Positions 61,801 to 64,000 of a stretch of 64,000 bases of DNA are shown piece by piece. Positions within the stretch are counted from its first letter, which is position 1; the number at the start of each line of letters is the position of its first letter. The translations under genes and the position numbers were made by a program. This stretch comes from Eledone cirrhosa (Eukaryota): assembly GCA_964016885.1 (NCBI GenBank), contig OZ024742.1:311984001-312048000 (forward strand), written 5' to 3'. The notes under the pieces were generated by a model, which worked only from the letters and a program-made list of their open reading frames with translations, was not told the origin of the DNA and ran no database searches.

Positions 61801-64000
61801 GATCTATCTCTGAGTGACTCATTGATCTATCTCTGAGTGACACATTGATCTATCTCCGAGTGACACATTGATCTATCTCTGAGTGACACATTGATCTATC
61901 TCTGAGTGACACATTGATCTATCTCCGAGTGACACATTGATCTATCTCTGAGTGACACATTGATCTATCTCCGAGTGACACATTGATCTATCTCCGAGTG
62001 ACACATTGATCTATCTCCGAGTGACTCATTGATCTATCTCTGAGTGACTCATTGATCTATCTCCGAGTGACACGTTGATCTATCTCTGAGTGACACATTG
62101 ATCTATCTCCGAGTGACACGTTGATCTATCTCTGAGTGACACATTGATCTATCTCTGAGTGACTCATTGATCTATCTCCGAGTGACTCATTGATCTATCT
62201 CCGAGTGACTCATTGATCTATCTCTGAGTGACACATTGATCTATCTCTGAGTGACTCATTGATCTATCTCTGAGTGACTCATTGATCTGTCTCTGAGTGA
62301 CACATTGATCTATCTCCGCGTGACACATTGATCTGTCTCTGAGTGACACATTGATCTATCTCCGAGTAACTCATTGATCTATCTCCGAGTGACTCATTGA
62401 TCTATCTCCGAGTGACACATTGATCTATCTCTGAGTGACTCATTGATCTATCTCCGAGTGACTCATTGATCTATCTCCGAGTGACACATTGATCTATCTC
62501 CGAGTGACACATTGATCTATCTCTGAGTGACACATTGATCTATCTCTGAGTGACTCATTGATCTATCTCCGAGTGACACATTGATCTATCTCCACGTGAC
62601 AAATTGATCTATCTCTGAGTGACACATTGATCTATCTCTGAGTGACACATTGATCTATCTCTGAGTGACTCATTGATCTATCTCCGAGTGACTCATTGAT
62701 CTATCTCTGAGTGACTCATTGATCTATCTCTGAGTGACTCATTGATCTATCTCTGAGTGACACATTGATCTATCTCCGAGTGACACATTGATCTATCTCT
62801 GAGTGACACATTGATCTATCTCTGAGTGACTCATTGATCTATCTCTGAGTGACACATTGATCTATCTCTGAGTGACACATTGATCTATCTCCGAGTGACA
62901 CATTGATCTATCTCCGAGTGACACATTGATCTATCTCCGACTGACACGTTGATCTATCTCTGAGTGACTCATTGATCTATCTCTGAGTGACTCATTGATC
63001 TATCTCTGAGTGACTCATTGATCTATCTCTGAGTGACACATTGATCTATCTCTGAGTGACACATTGATCTATCTCTGAGTGACTCATTGATCTATCTCTG
63101 AGTGACACATTGATCTATCTCTGAGTGACACATTGATCTATCTCCGAGTGACACATTGATCTATCTCTGAGTGACACATTGATCTATCTCTGAGTGACTC
63201 ATTGATCTATCTCTGAGTGACTCATTGATCTATCTCTGAGTGACACATTGATCTATCTCTGAGTGACTCATTGATCTATCTCTGAGTGACTCATTGATCT
63301 ATCTCCGAGTGACACATTGATCTATCTCTGAGTGACTCATTGATCTATCTCTGAGTGACTCATTGATCTATCTCCGAGTGACTCATTGATCTATCTCTGA
63401 GTGACACATTGATCTATCTCCGAGTGACTCATTGATCTATCTCCGAGTGACTCATTGATCTATCTCTGAGTGACTCATTGATCTATCTCCGAGTGACATA
63501 TTGATCTATCTCTGAGTGACTCATTGATCTATCTCCGAGTGACTCATTGATCTATCTCTGAGTGACTCATTGATCTATCTCTGAGTGACTCATTGATCTA
63601 TCTCTGAGTGACTCATTGATCTATCTCTGAGTGACACATTGATCTATCTCTGAGTGACACATTGATCTATCTCTGAGTGACTCATTGATCTATCTCTGAG
63701 TGACACATTGATCTATCTCCGAGTGACACATTGATCTATCTCCGAGTGACACATTGATCTATCTCTGAGTGACACATTGATCTATCTCTGAGTGACTCAT
63801 TGATCTATCTCTGAGTGACTCATTGATCTATCTCCGAGTGACTCATTGATCTATCTCTGAGTGACTCATTGATCTATCTCTGAGTGACACATTGATCTAT
63901 CTCTGAGTGACACATTGATCTATCTCTGAGTGACACATTGATCTATCTCTGAGTGACACATTGATCTATCTCTGAGTGACACATTGATCTATCTATGAGT
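58858..64000. repeat. 23-bp tandem satellite (ATTGATCTATCTC[T/C]GAGTGAC[A/T]C)n, ~220 copies, running off the window
   Basis: Period 23 (e.g. CTATCTC at 59941 and 59964); two dimorphic positions; diverged left edge. Confidence 0.98.

Noticed and set aside
58858-64000. 23-bp array as a CRISPR array or telomere
   Set aside because: No unique spacers or cas genes, eukaryotic context, and no TTAGGG-type G-rich unit.

Overview
AT-rich, microsatellite-dense eukaryotic DNA made almost entirely of transposable elements; no host gene is convincingly visible. The SINE types and repeat style suggest a cephalopod (octopus-like) genome, which is an inference. 1-21 kb: Penelope-like retroelements (PLEs) and short PLE-derived inverted-repeat relics in (TA)n tracts, carrying about ten hammerhead-ribozyme motifs with several core variants. 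One Neptune-type PLE has an upstream ORF joined to RT by a T-TTT-TTA -1 slippery site. 21.5-40.6 kb and 50.4-58.6 kb: two nests built on (TTA)n tracts, holding four full-length Tx1/L1-clade LINEs (+ strand, two ORF1 types on one ORF2) interleaved with three 5'-truncated R4/Dong-type RLE elements (- strand). The 19-kb nest lies between the arms of a ~104-bp inverted repeat. 41-50 kb: SINEs, MITEs and simple repeats. 58.85-64 kb: a 23-bp satellite that grades out of an RTE coding relic. All alignments and folds were done by eye, so boundaries of degenerate elements are approximate.
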